Shown here: positions 51,890-64,000 of the stretch, piece after piece
Layout of the letters: every line of letters begins with the position of its first letter
Numbering within the stretch: position 1 is the stretch's first letter
Source: Macrostomum lignano
Lineage: Eukaryota
Assembly (NCBI GenBank): GCA_002269645.1
Contig: NIVC01001916.1
Location: forward strand, 1 to 64,000
DNA: 64,000 nucleotides
Reading direction: 5' to 3'
Program-made: the position numbers and the translations under genes
Notes under the pieces: generated by a model
Seen by the model: the letters and a program-made list of their open reading frames with translations, nothing else
What the model was told of the DNA's origin: nothing
The model's database searches: none

Positions 51890-52530
51890 TTCTAGTCGGG
51901 GTTGCTGCATACTTTGCGTCTTGCATGACATTTTTGTTAAGTCGCGGGCGTAGTGGGTCGATGAGAGTGCTCTAGCAATGGCTGGGTGGCGCGGTACACA
52001 GAGTTGTGTCCGAGGGTCGCATTGCTAAACTAGCAGCGGTTTTACGAACAATCCAGTTGGCTCGTTCTAGAAGAGTGGGCAGACTTTCGGGCATTTGCCT
52101 CAAGTTGTAAAACCCTTCCGCATACTGCATGAGTCTACTCCCGAGCCCAGGGCTACCCACTTGTGGAGAAATATGTATTAGTCACAATACACAGCAACAG
52201 GTCTGCCCTGTAAGCACATTTTGGCCTGGGGTCTGTGCACACTCGCCATTCTCTTAGCTTCTTAGCTGGCTATAGCTCTTAGCCTCTTGGCTATGAATGT
52301 ATTGCTTAAATGAAAATAATGAAAATAAGAAATGAGTGCGCTTGGAGAGCCTTTTGTCGGTAGAAACTTTGAGAATAAATCAAATTTAATGGGAAGAGCT
52401 AGTAGGTACGAGAGCACACAGGATTCGAGTTTGATGCAGTGCACTTTTTTAATTGCTAAATAGCAACCTTAAGCTTCTACAGGCTAAGATCTGTCACGAT
52501 TTGTTTTTTCATTAGGTGCTGGCGCGTGTG
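51890..52530. repeat. Local duplicated segment, homologous to 53570-53892 + 59272-59458 (second copy split by the retrotransposon)
   Basis: Shared blocks TTTTGTTAAGTCGCGGG...GTGGGTCGATGAG, AGACTTTCGGGCA, GGCTACCCACTTG, AGAGCTAGTAGGT...GAGTTTGATGCAGTG and ACAGGCTAAGAT...AGGTGCTGGCGC. Confidence 0.8.
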
Positions 52531-52700
52531 GGGCTGCATGGTGTAGTAGCCACGGTTGTCCGTCGTTTGCAAAGACTTCAAGGAAATTCTGCGAACTATA
52601 AATCTGGGTTTGCTAATGCTACAGTTTTTGCTTTAAAGAGTGTTTTTTTCGCTGTTTTAGACTCCTAAGATTGATCAGAAACATCGTCTTTTATAGCGGT
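52530..52700 (-). pseudogene. Rhomboid 5' relic: upstream region plus first ~11 codons, ATG mutated to ACG
   Basis: GGGGCTGCATGGTGTAGTAGCCACGGTTGTCCGTCG matches 61939-61975 of copy B, and 52565-52700 aligns with 61975-62105 (B upstream). Confidence 0.75.
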
Positions 52701-53981
52701 AGAGGGTTTGTCGACCATTCTCCATACGTAGCTAGTCTGAACATTCTTGCACGATGGAAAGAAGATTATGCTTGTAGTCTATGGCTGTTATGCTAAATAT
52801 AGAAACATTGCGCATTACATTCTTGCACGATTGACATTCCTGCACGGAGTGCACATGTATATTCAAGGTGCTTTTACCATAGACACTTGAATTTCTGCAC
52901 GCATATGGCGACTTCCAAAGCATTCTTGCACGCTGGATCAAATAAGAATTCAAATTGTTAATAAAGGTTGGAATTTGTCATTTTCGGTGTGAAAATCGTC
53001 ATTATTGCATTTGAGTTTGTCAAAATAGGTTGAACATTTCTCAAGCGATACCACAGACTGTCAAAATTGAATGCAAAGATGTCAATATTGAGTGCAGATT
53101 TTTCAAAATAGAAAGTAAAAAGGTGTAGCAGGATGAGACAGAGCTCTGCACGCCTTCCGGTATTCGAGGGCACCATGCAGACGCATCTGGGGCAATCTTT
53201 TCGCTGTTTTCGTCATTCTCATATACCCCTTGTGCGCCGTCGTAGCATTTTTGCTCTCGAATACTGAGGAATTACCAAGCGATCAAGTTGCATTAAAGTT
53301 TCATTTATTCCTGACAGATTGTTTATTCGCACAGCAACCTTTTTAACTGGAAGCAGCAGGGCTCTTTGGCTAGTGCCAAAGATTGTGATGTCAGATAAAA
53401 TCAACAAGATCATTTGTAGACCTACTGTTAGGCTTTCAAAATAATTGTGCAAGAGAAATGAGCGTTAGATGACAAAAAATATTTTTTGCAACGTTTAGAC
53501 GTCAAGTTGTTTCAAGATTGTTCGTTTATTAATTCTCGAAGCTGTGCATATAGTCTTTGCATTTGGCGGTACATTTTGTTAAGTCGCGGGGCGTCGTGGG
53601 TCGATGAGTGGCAAGGGCTTGAGTGGCGCGGTATGCAGTTTTGTCTGAGAGAGTAGGCTATGTTATCCAGCAGGTTTTACGAACAATGGAGTTGTCTCGC
53701 TCTGAGACTCCTGCTGTCTCCAGAAGAGTGAGAAGACTTTCGGGCACTGCCTCAAGCAGTAAAACCCTTCCACATACTGAGTCCGCTCGAGAGCACACGG
53801 CTACCCACTTGCGGACAAATACAAATTGGTCATAATATGCACAGCATTAGTATGCCCTGCAAGCATATTTTATTAGCTATAGCTCTGGGCTACTTACTTA
53901 CTTACTACTGACGGGGGGCGCAGGCGCCGCGAATAGGCCGCGAGGCCCCTATCGCAACCCCAAGGTAAAAGAGCACAAGGA

Positions 53982-56900
53982 TTAGCCTTGGGGGTGCGCC
54001 CAGTCCCCGCCAGTAGTCGGCAGGTCCGCAGTGGAGGCATCGGCGACCCTCATCCGGCCGGAGTCCCGGACGAAGGCGCGGAGGTCTCGGATATTGTCCG
54101 CGGTGGTCAGCTCGTCCATCCGCTGGGGGTGGCCGAGGTATTTGTGCCGCGCCTTGTTGAAGTAAGGGCAGAAGGTGACGTGATGCTCCGCGGTCTCCTC
54201 TCCTATGCCACAGAAGGGACAGGTGGGAGGGCAACCGGTTTGCAACGATATATGTCTCTGGAAGAATCCGTGGCCGGTTAGGACCATGCACATCTCCCTG
54301 AGGTCGGTTCTGTTAAGCGAAATCAGATAATCAGAGACTTTCCTGTTCAGGTTAGGCATGGCAGAGCGGCTCTGCCTGTACTCGGTGCAGCTGTTCCAGT
54401 GGAGCTGGTGCTGCTGATGGAGCCACCTGTTGATATGGCGGGTGACTTGCGACCTGGGGGTGGGTAGCCTCATCAGACGGTGGTTGCCGTCTGGGTTGCT
54501 GCCCTCCTTGGCGAGAGAGTCCGCGAGCTCGTTGCCCAGGATGTTGCTGTGACCAGGTGTCCAGATAATTCTAATCCTGTTAAGGACTGAGAGAGATTGC
54601 ACACTGCGGTGGCATTGAGATACTGTAGCAGCGGAGATATTCTCAGTGGTTAAGGCCTTAATAGCAGCTTGGCTATCAGTGTAGAAATTAATGTCAAAAT
54701 TATTAATGTTCGCCTGAAACAGTTGCTGGGCACACTGCTCAATGGCGCAAATTTCAGCTTGGAAAACTGAGGTGTTCTCACCGAGGTGCAGACTTTCCTG
54801 GAGAAGCATCTTACCCTCGTGGAAAATGGCAATACCCGCTCCAGCGCGGCCGTTGAACAGCGAGCCGTCGGTGAAGCAGTGAATGCCCTGGCTGCGCCGG
54901 TTCACACCGACATCCAGCGGAATGTTGTCTCGGCCAGGGATGGCGGTCTTGAAGCCCCTCCTGATGTTGAGGGCGGGAGGTCGACTATCCACATTGCCCA
55001 GGTCCATGTGGATGTTGTTAAGGTCGCGGCGGACAAAGTCCATATGCGGGATTAATGTTTTCATTGGCATAAAGCCAGAGGGCGCGTTATTTAACGTTTT
55101 ATCTCTGATAAGCCGGGAGGCAGACTTCATAGCCTCCGCCCTAATAAATAGGTGAAGCGGAGGTAGGTTAAGGATAGTGTTCAGCCCCTCGTAAGGGGTG
55201 GACGGGTACGCACCTGTGATGGCACGGCAAATGCTGCCCTGAAGCTGGTACAGCCGCTGACGGGCGGCCTTCTGCTCCAGCACGCTAGTCCAGATGAGAC
55301 TCGCGTATGTGATACTGGGCCGGATGATGCCGGTATAAATCCAACGGACCGTTCTAGGCGAGAGGCCCCAAGTCGGCCCGATGGCTCTGCGCAGCTGGGC
55401 AAAGCAGCGTTTTGCCCGACCGATGACGTTATCAAGGTGCTTCGTCCAGCGCAGGTCATGCGTTAGCGTCACACCGAGGTATTTGACCTCCTTCTTGAAG
55501 GGGATGTTTCTGCCATAGACAGTGAGGTTTTTCATCTCCCATTTACGGCGCTTGGTGAAAACGACAGCGACAGTCTTAGTGACGCTGATTTTTAGGCCAT
55601 GCTGTGTAGCCCAGTCGGCCGCCTTGTCGGCGAATTGCTGCATCAGGTTGCGCAGAGTGGCGGGGTCGGGTCCGCTGACGACCGCGGCAACGTCATCGGC
55701 GTAGCCCGCCCTGGTGATACTGCTGGGAATGTCAGCGGTTAGAAGTTCGTCCATGACGAGATTCCAGAGAAGTGGAGTTAGCACGCCACCTTGCGGGCCG
55801 CCTTTCATCACCGCCCGGGTGAGGGTAACGCCCATAAGTGTGGATGTCACAAACCTTTTGCGGATCATAAAATAAATCCAGCGAACAATGCTGTGTCTTA
55901 CATTCCTGCGGGAAAGAGAATTTCTGAAGGAGCGGAAGAGGACATTGTCAAATGCTCCTTCGAAGTCAACGAACAACCCGCAAGCGAGTTGTTTGCTAAG
56001 GATGGCACTCTCAATTTTGGAGGTAATGGCGTGGAGAGCATGCTCAGTCGTCCTCCCAGGCTGGAAGGCGTACTGGTACTTACTGACAGGGTCGGAGCGC
56101 AGGTCGCACTCTCGAAGCCTCCACAGGATGAGCCTCTCCATCAGCTTAACACAAAAGGAAGTGAGGCTGATGGGCCGGAAGGATTTCACGTTGGTGTAGT
56201 CACCCTTAGCAGGTTTCGGGATGAACACGACTCTGGACATTCTCCAGATTGTGGGAATGTAACCTGTGGTATAACAGTCAACAAGCAATTTAGAGAAAGA
56301 ATCAGCAAAGTTTTGCAGCTTTAGCGCCTCCTGCAGGATACAGGGGGCGATATTGTCAGGGCCAGACGATTTATACGGTTTAAAAGAATTTGCTGCCAGC
56401 TGGAGTAGCTGGGGGTGGCGCACTGCTGGAAAAGCTTGTGATCACAAGGCCTGTGGTCATCGACCACGTACTCCGGTTCGTCAACCTGCGGAAAGCAGGT
56501 GGAGAAAAGAAGATTTAGCGAACCTTCGGCACTGGTAGTGTAGTTACCATCCAGGTGCAGAAGGGAGTTACACTGAGCTAGCGTGTCGTGCCTGAGAGTC
56601 CTGACCAGCCGGGCTGTGGGGTGTTGCCCTTCCAGGCCGGCGCAGTAGGCTTTCCAGGTGGTCTTCTTAGCCCTTCGGATAGCACTTTTGTACATCCTCA
56701 GAGCAGAGTGGTAGTTCTCCCAATCCTCTGGGGTATTCGAGCCGTTTGCGAGGCGTTGCAGTCGGCGGGTGTTTTTCTTCATGCGAGTGAGCTCTTGACT
56801 CCACCAAGGAGAGTATTTCTTCCTGCAAAACAGCTTAGGGGCGTTAGCGCGTATGGCGGTGTTTAGGATCTCAACGAGGGAGTTGCACCGATGCTCAATG

Positions 56901-57798
56901 CCAGGGAGATCCTCGCTGGAGTCCGGTAAGTTGGCTTCGGTCAGGAGTTTTAGCAGGTCTCTTCGAAAACCTGTCCAGTCGGCCTTTTTCAAATTAAGGC
57001 GGTCCCGGTTCTCATGACGGGCTCCGACGGAGCTGATGCTGTACTGAATGTACGAGTGGTCGGAAAGCGATGGGAGGTCATCCCTAACCAGCCAGCTGTG
57101 GACCTGATTGAGGGCGTTGTTGGAGACGAGAGTGAGGTCGATAACCTCACGCCGATTAGAGACAATAAATGTGGGTTTGCTGCCTCTGTTGCAAATGTGT
57201 AACGAGGAGGAGTTAATGAAATCAATTAGTAAGTCACCGCGCCTGTTAGTATCGCTACTAGACCAGGCAGTGTTGTGGGCGTTAGCATCGCAGCTAACGA
57301 TAAGCTTCCGATCCTGGAGATTACAGAAGTCCGCCAGCTCCTGCAGGAGGGGGGGAGGGACGTCCTCCTGAATGTCCAGGTAAGCGGAAACGAAGGTCAA
57401 GTCAAAGACTGAGAAAGTACACATGTCTTTAGAGCAAAACATTGGCATAATAGTGGCCGGGAGGTCGTTTTTGACGAGGGCGATAGCTCTGGGGGTGTCG
57501 TTCGCGCAGAGGTACAGAACCTGATAGCCTGGCGGCAGGCAGGTCGGCTTCCCCTTGCGGGTATACGGTTCCTGAATAAGGTAGATGTCAACTTCCTTGT
57601 TGGCAAAGGTGCCTGAAAGGTTGCTAGATGCTGCAAGGGCGTGGTGCAGGTTGATCTGAATAATGTGCAGGTTAACAGGTTGGTTCGCCGGCGGCGGATT
57701 ATTTATTTGGTTGCTGGTGGCAGTGTCATCATTGGGCTGGCCGTTAAGGTTCGCCCTCAGCGCCCCGCTCCTAGTTTGGCACGGGGTTGGGAACGGCA

Positions 57799-57799
<1 letters not shown>
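53982..57799 (-). CDS. Retrotransposon ORF2 (APE endonuclease, reverse transcriptase, RNase H, C-terminal zinc finger) with one frameshift at ~56411-56415
   Basis: APE: QINLHH, IQEPY, CDANAH, IDLT, SDH. RT: [53 protein letters not shown]. RNase H: [36 protein letters not shown]. Zinc finger: CPFC...EHHVTFC. Confidence 0.93.
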
Positions 57800-59067
<1,268 letters not shown>

Positions 59068-59832
59068 TTAGCCAGCAGCCAACTACTTAGCAGCCACCTG
59101 CCCCGCAAAAAAGCAGCAGGGGGGATCCGTCCCCCACCAGCAGACCAAGACGAGGAAGCTAGCCGCTTCCACGCCAGGCCAGAACGAAAAGGAGGGGGAA
59201 GAGCCTCCTCGAAAAACGAAAAGCTGGCGGATGTCACAGAGTCCCTCGGTTTAAGTTGCCGTTTGCCCCCCTAGCTCTGGGCTATGAAGTTTTGTTTAAA
59301 TCAAATGCAATGAGCAGAGCTAGTAGGTGCAAGCGTACACACGGTTTGAGTTTGATGCAGTGTACTTTATAGTTGCTAAACAGCAACCGTGAGCTTCCAC
59401 AGGCTAAGATTTGTCTCGATTTATTTTTTCATTACATTTCAGCAGGTGCTGGCGCATAGCTCATAAGCAGAATTCTTTATCGTTACAAAGCGTCGAAATC
59501 GCTAGAAGTAGGCTCAAATATTTATTCAACAAAGCGCTTTAACATTTCTTAATTTTGCTTATGATAAACGACGTGAGGACATAAATTCACATGGTTTGCG
59601 TGATAAACAAGAATCAATATAAAATCGTTCATAATATAGACACGTCAAACGACCACAGGCTATGGAGATGGAGAAAAACCTTCGAATTGAATTCCGCTTT
59701 AAGAATATATAGTCGAAAATACAAATTCAAGTGTATGGAGGATTTATGCGATGACAAATATGTAAGTTAAAATGGATTTTTAGTTCAATATTGACTTCTG
59801 TATGAACAGCGGGATAATATAATGGTAATATT

Positions 59833-60129
59833 GGGGGTTGTAGCCTAGTGATTGGAGCGTCGGACTTACGACTTGAAGGTCATGGGTTCGATTCCCGATC
59901 CTACTGGAACAATTTGTGTCCTTGAGTAAGACACCTAACTCTGTATTTCTGCAGTTCACCCAGCTATAAAAATGCCAGCATTATCTGGGGTATTTGAGGA
60001 TGTGTGGCGACTCCCCAGTCATTGGACTGAACAGCCGTACGCAGCCTTCAGATGCGCCACGCAATAGCTGCGGCTGAGCTGCCGGTTGTCCATCTGCCCG
60101 TTAGGACAGGTGTAAACAATTATTATTAT
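59833..60129 (+). mobile_element. tRNA-derived SINE with a conserved-core-like central domain and (TTA)n tail
   Basis: A-box TAGCCTAGTGATTGG, B-box GGTTCGATTCCC, then GTGTCCTTGAGTAAGACAC (59916-59934; resembles V-SINE/MetaSINE-type cores as recalled), TTCACCCAGCTATAAAAATG and an ATTATTATTAT tail. Confidence 0.75.
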
Positions 60130-60349
60130 GATATTACACGATCGTATTATAAAGCTTTTGACACTATCAACTGACGCAGAGATACAACTTATTTAACGTC
60201 TGAATGTTTGAAATCGTTTAGTTCGTATAAATTTACGCAATCTAGTGATTTCATAAAATTTCATCATTTCTCTTATTAATAAAGAGGCAAGCTTAAATAT
60301 AAAACGTTATACTCAGAAGCGTTCGTCTCACTTCGCGATTCCAAGGCGT

Positions 60350-61972
60350 TCATCCCAACGAGTCGGCCAGCGCTGTATTGGAGCAGACGATGCTGTCAGC
60401 TGCTGGGTAGTTCTTGTAGAAAATGTTCCAGAACACACCGAAAAGAAACATACAAGCCAGCACAACCCAGCACACGATCGATACCTTGCTCTCCCACGGT
60501 TTCTTGTCGATGTTTCGTAAAATGGGAACTCCAGCAAAGAAGCCAGCCAGCAGGCCTCCGACGTGAGCAGCAACGCTCACAGGGAGGGTTTGAGTTCCGG
60601 AGTAGCGTCCATAGAAACTGATGCCAAAGTCCAGGATGAGCAAGAGGGTCAGATAGACAAGGCGCATGATCCCACTCAGAAGGAATTTCAACGGATTTGC
60701 TCTGATATCCAGCCAGTCATCCTGCAGCTCCTCCCAGTTCATGAGCACTGTGGCATAGTGGGCTCCGAACAAAGCGTACACCCCACCGGAGGCTCCGATC
60801 AGCATGGTGTTGTGGTCTGCGATGCTGCTGGCCATGGCACCAATGGTTACACCAATTAGAAACACTGGACCTACTCGCCAAGCTTTGTGGACACATTCCA
60901 GCGGGATTCCTAGAAGGAACGACAGGATCGTGTTGAAGACGACGTGGTGGTAGCCATTGTGCAGGAACATGTAGGACACGAAGCGCCAAGCTTCTTGTCG
61001 GAGACTCGGACAGAAGACCAGCGGACTGTAGTACGGGAATCCTTTTTCCCATCCCACCTTGTTCCACTCGGGTCCATTGGACAGCTCAACCGTGTAGATG
61101 ATGAAGAAGATCCAAACGGCTACATAGAACAGCGGAATGAAGAGCGGCGGCGGCCTGCAGTTGTACGCCTCAAGGTAGCTCTCTTCCGGGATCGGCTCTC
61201 CGGCTTGAGCTGCCTGGATCTTCTCTTTGCGAAGCTTCTTCTGCGCTGCAGGCGTCATGCTCTCGATGAACGAGTTGATGACTCTCTTCGATCGAGACAC
61301 CTCCGACTTTTTCGTGTACTTCATTCCGGTAAAGAACTCGTCCCAAGACACTCGTTGATTTCCGTCTTTGTCCAGCCTCTTAAACAGTCCCTGTAGGTTT
61401 CGAGACCGGTTAAAGTTGACAGACTCTGCCATCTCCATGAACTCCTTGAGCGGCATGCCCCCAGCAGTCTCGTACGGATCAAAGCGGTACTTGAAGTTCT
61501 TGGTGAGCCACTCTCTGTACTGGTCTTCGTTCATGTGCTCAGAGTTGTCGCAGTTCGACGAAGCGCACACGCTGACTGCGAGACTTCCGCCTCCAGGACC
61601 TCCGTCAGGCTTGTCGTGTCCGGAGACGCTGAGGAAGTTTCTGTTTGTGTTTGACGCAGTGACAGTCGGATGCTGCATCTCGAACTGCTGGTTCGCGAAC
61701 TGGGTCTTGAGCGACTGGCTCGTTCCGTTTCCGTTGGCTGCGGTCCCGCCGCCGATACTTTGCGAGTATTCGTATCGTCCGGTAGAGGCAGGATACTGCT
61801 GGCGGGTGTCCAGCTCCACCCGAACTTCCGGGACAGAGTAGCCATACTGGAGCTGCCGCTGGCCGGACGATGTGGTTGTGGCGACTCTCTGCTGCGTCTG
61901 GGACTGGTAACTTTGGGACTGGTTGGACTGCTGAGCCTGGGGCTGCATGGTGTAGTAGCCGCGGTTGTCCAT
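60350..61972 (-). CDS. EF-hand rhomboid intramembrane serine protease, copy B, intronless, 540 aa
   Basis: Same motifs as copy A; ~98% identical protein. Confidence 0.95.
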   Translation of the reverse strand: MDNRGYYTMQPQAQQSNQSQSYQSQTQQRVATTTSSGQRQLQYGYSVPEVRVELDTRQQYPASTGRYEYSQSIGGGTAANGNGTSQSLKTQFANQQFEMQHPTVTASNTNRNFLSVSGHDKPDGGPGGGSLAVSVCASSNCDNSEHMNEDQYREWLTKNFKYRFDPYETAGGMPLKEFMEMAESVNFNRSRNLQGLFKRLDKDGNQRVSWDEFFTGMKYTKKSEVSRSKRVINSFIESMTPAAQKKLRKEKIQAAQAGEPIPEESYLEAYNCRPPPLFIPLFYVAVWIFFIIYTVELSNGPEWNKVGWEKGFPYYSPLVFCPSLRQEAWRFVSYMFLHNGYHHVVFNTILSFLLGIPLECVHKAWRVGPVFLIGVTIGAMASSIADHNTMLIGASGGVYALFGAHYATVLMNWEELQDDWLDIRANPLKFLLSGIMRLVYLTLLLILDFGISFYGRYSGTQTLPVSVAAHVGGLLAGFFAGVPILRNIDKKPWESKVSIVCWVVLACMFLFGVFWNIFYKNYPAADSIVCSNTALADSLG

Positions 61973-63137
61973 CGTTTTCGAAGACTTACAAGGAAATCCT
62001 ATAAACTAATTAGGGTTAAGCTAATGCTACAGTTTTTTGCTTTAAAGAGTATTTTTTGCGTTGTTTTGAATTCCTATGCTTGATCAGAAGCATCGCCTTT
62101 TATACCCAGGGAGCGTTCGTTTACCACTATCCGTTCGTTCTTTAAAGTGCCCCACCCCAAACCTGTCTGGCTGACCGCTCCGTAGACGCTTGTATCCAGC
62201 GAACGCAAAGCACGCCGCTTCGTTCCCTTACCTACCTCTAGCCTTTCAAAAGATTGTTTACTGCTCAATTGTTATCAATCTTAAATGGTTGCTCTATAAG
62301 TTTCAAGCATTTCCCAAACTATTTTGCTAAGCAATTTTAGCTGGCAAATTTATTAGCCTTGCTACCTTGCGTCTACTGCTGCACTGGCCCAACAGACACT
62401 TTAGGGCACGCGCTGTCTCTCGCGGTGCTTTCTGCGTTCGCCCTGAGGCACTAAAGTCTGTCCTTCTTGGCAGAACCCCTCGTAGAGCTCAAAGTGAGAT
62501 TTCTATCGAAGCGACGCACAATAGCTTTCTTTTTATTAGTATGGTCAAACAATATGAAAACCCCTGGAGAGGGCTTTCGAATCAGGGCTGATATTGCAAC
62601 TGCTTCTGTTGGGAGGTAAAAGCAGAGCGGGCTCCATTGCTATTGTGCTTCTCGGCGTGTGACTAGGTGAGATGAAAGTAAATAAGAGCTAGCTACTGAA
62701 TTAAAATGGGTGGACGATTGCTTTAACTAAACTGTGTTAGTCTTACCACAGGCTCTGCTTTAGAGGCTTGAGAATTGCTTATTTGTGCATGCGAGCTATG
62801 CTTTTGTGCAGGAAAAAACTACGTTTTCTATGCCCCGCATTAGTTCAACATATTATTTTAGAGAGCTTCTAGCCAAGTAATAAAAGTTGGAACTGCCTGT
62901 AGGCAGAATTTTTTCATACTCATTCTCGAGTCTTTAATGTTGGTTATGAGCCTGCATATGCATGTCACCCACGTATGCGACAGATACAGGTCACCAATAC
63001 ATCTACCCGATGCATGTTACTGGTGCATGTTCAAGGACCACTAGAAACTAGAAACTTAGGAAACCTAGAAAATTGCACTTCTGCATGCCTAAGACGCAGA
63101 GGGAGTGGAATGACACGTGGTAATTGAGCTACACATC

Positions 63138-63800
63138 AGGGAGTGGAGTGACGCATAGGGGAGTGGAGTGACGCATAGGGGAGTGGAGTGACGCATAGGG
63201 GAGTGGAGTGACGCATAGGGGAGTGGAGTGACGCATAGGGGAGTGGAGTGACGTATAAGGGAGTGGAGTGACTGATAAAGGAGTGGAGTGACGCATAGGG
63301 GAGTGGAGTGACGCATAGGGGAGTGGAGTGACGCATAGGGGAGTGGAGTGACGTATAAGGGAGTGGAGCGACGCATAAGGGAGTTGAGTGACGCATAGGG
63401 GAGTTGAGTGACGCATAGGGGAGTGGAGTGACGCATAAGGGAGTTGAGTGACGCATAAGGGAGTGGAGTGACGCATAAGGGAGTTAAGTGACGCATAAGG
63501 GAGTTGAGTGACGCATAAGGGAGTTGAGTGACGCATAGGGGAGTGGAGTGACGCATAAGGGAGTTGAGTGACGCATAGGGGAGTTGAGTGACGCATAAGG
63601 GAGTGGAGTGACGCATTGGGGAGTTGAGTGACGCATAGGGGAGTGGAGTGACGTATAAGAGAGTGGAGTGACGCATAGGGGAGTGGAGTGACGCATAAGG
63701 GAGTTGAGTGACGCATAGGGGAGTGGAGTGACGCATAGGGGAGTGGAGTGACGCATAAGGGAGTTGAGTGACGCATAGGGGAGTGGAGCAACGCATACGC
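63138..63800. repeat. 20-bp satellite (GAGTGGAGTGACGCATAGGG), ~33 copies
   Basis: Direct. Confidence 0.95.
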
Positions 63801-64000
63801 ATAGGGAAACGGAGTGACACAGGAGGGAGTGGAGTGACGATAATGCAGTGGAGTAATACAGGAGAAAGTGGAGAGACTACAGACAGTTACTTCGTCTTGG
63901 TTTGCTTGGTTACTGCTCCAGAGATCAGTATTTTTACTGATCTCAAAATACAAACTACATGTTATAGTACGAGCTATAACCAGATGAAACATGCAGCCAG

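Noticed and set aside
63089-63992. MRHSTPLCVTPLPY ORFs
   Set aside because: 20-bp satellite translation.

Overview
Eukaryotic (metazoan) genomic DNA, very rich in tandem repeats. The style (many distinct minisatellites, poly-Q exons, intron-poor genes) suggests a flatworm such as Macrostomum, but this is inference only. No rRNA, intact tRNA or CRISPR array was found. Genes reconstructed by hand from phase-consistent GT-AG junctions: (1) a frameshifted PH-domain gene running off the left edge; (2) an orphan Q-rich/coiled-coil gene; (3) an MS4A/CD20-like 4-TM gene; (4) a 2-exon DEG/ENaC channel; (5) a 2-exon DTWD2-like gene; (6) the main discovery, a 6-exon, 472-aa homologue of the proton-activated chloride channel PAC/TMEM206 (34748-43806, minus), broken up in the ORF track because every intron holds a different satellite; (7) a cluster of EF-hand rhomboid proteases with two intact intronless copies and two relics, showing a gene-conversion signature. 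The cluster is interrupted by a full-length RNase H-containing non-LTR retrotransposon (Loa/R1-like) with a 13-bp TSD and TAATG stop-start coupling. Also present: tRNA-derived SINEs, a Tc1 DD34E relic, a foldback/MITE family whose arm repeat has expanded into a satellite, and about 30 tandem arrays. Most long ORFs in the supplied track are repeat artefacts. Protein family calls rest on motifs and reference sequences recalled from memory; no database search was run.
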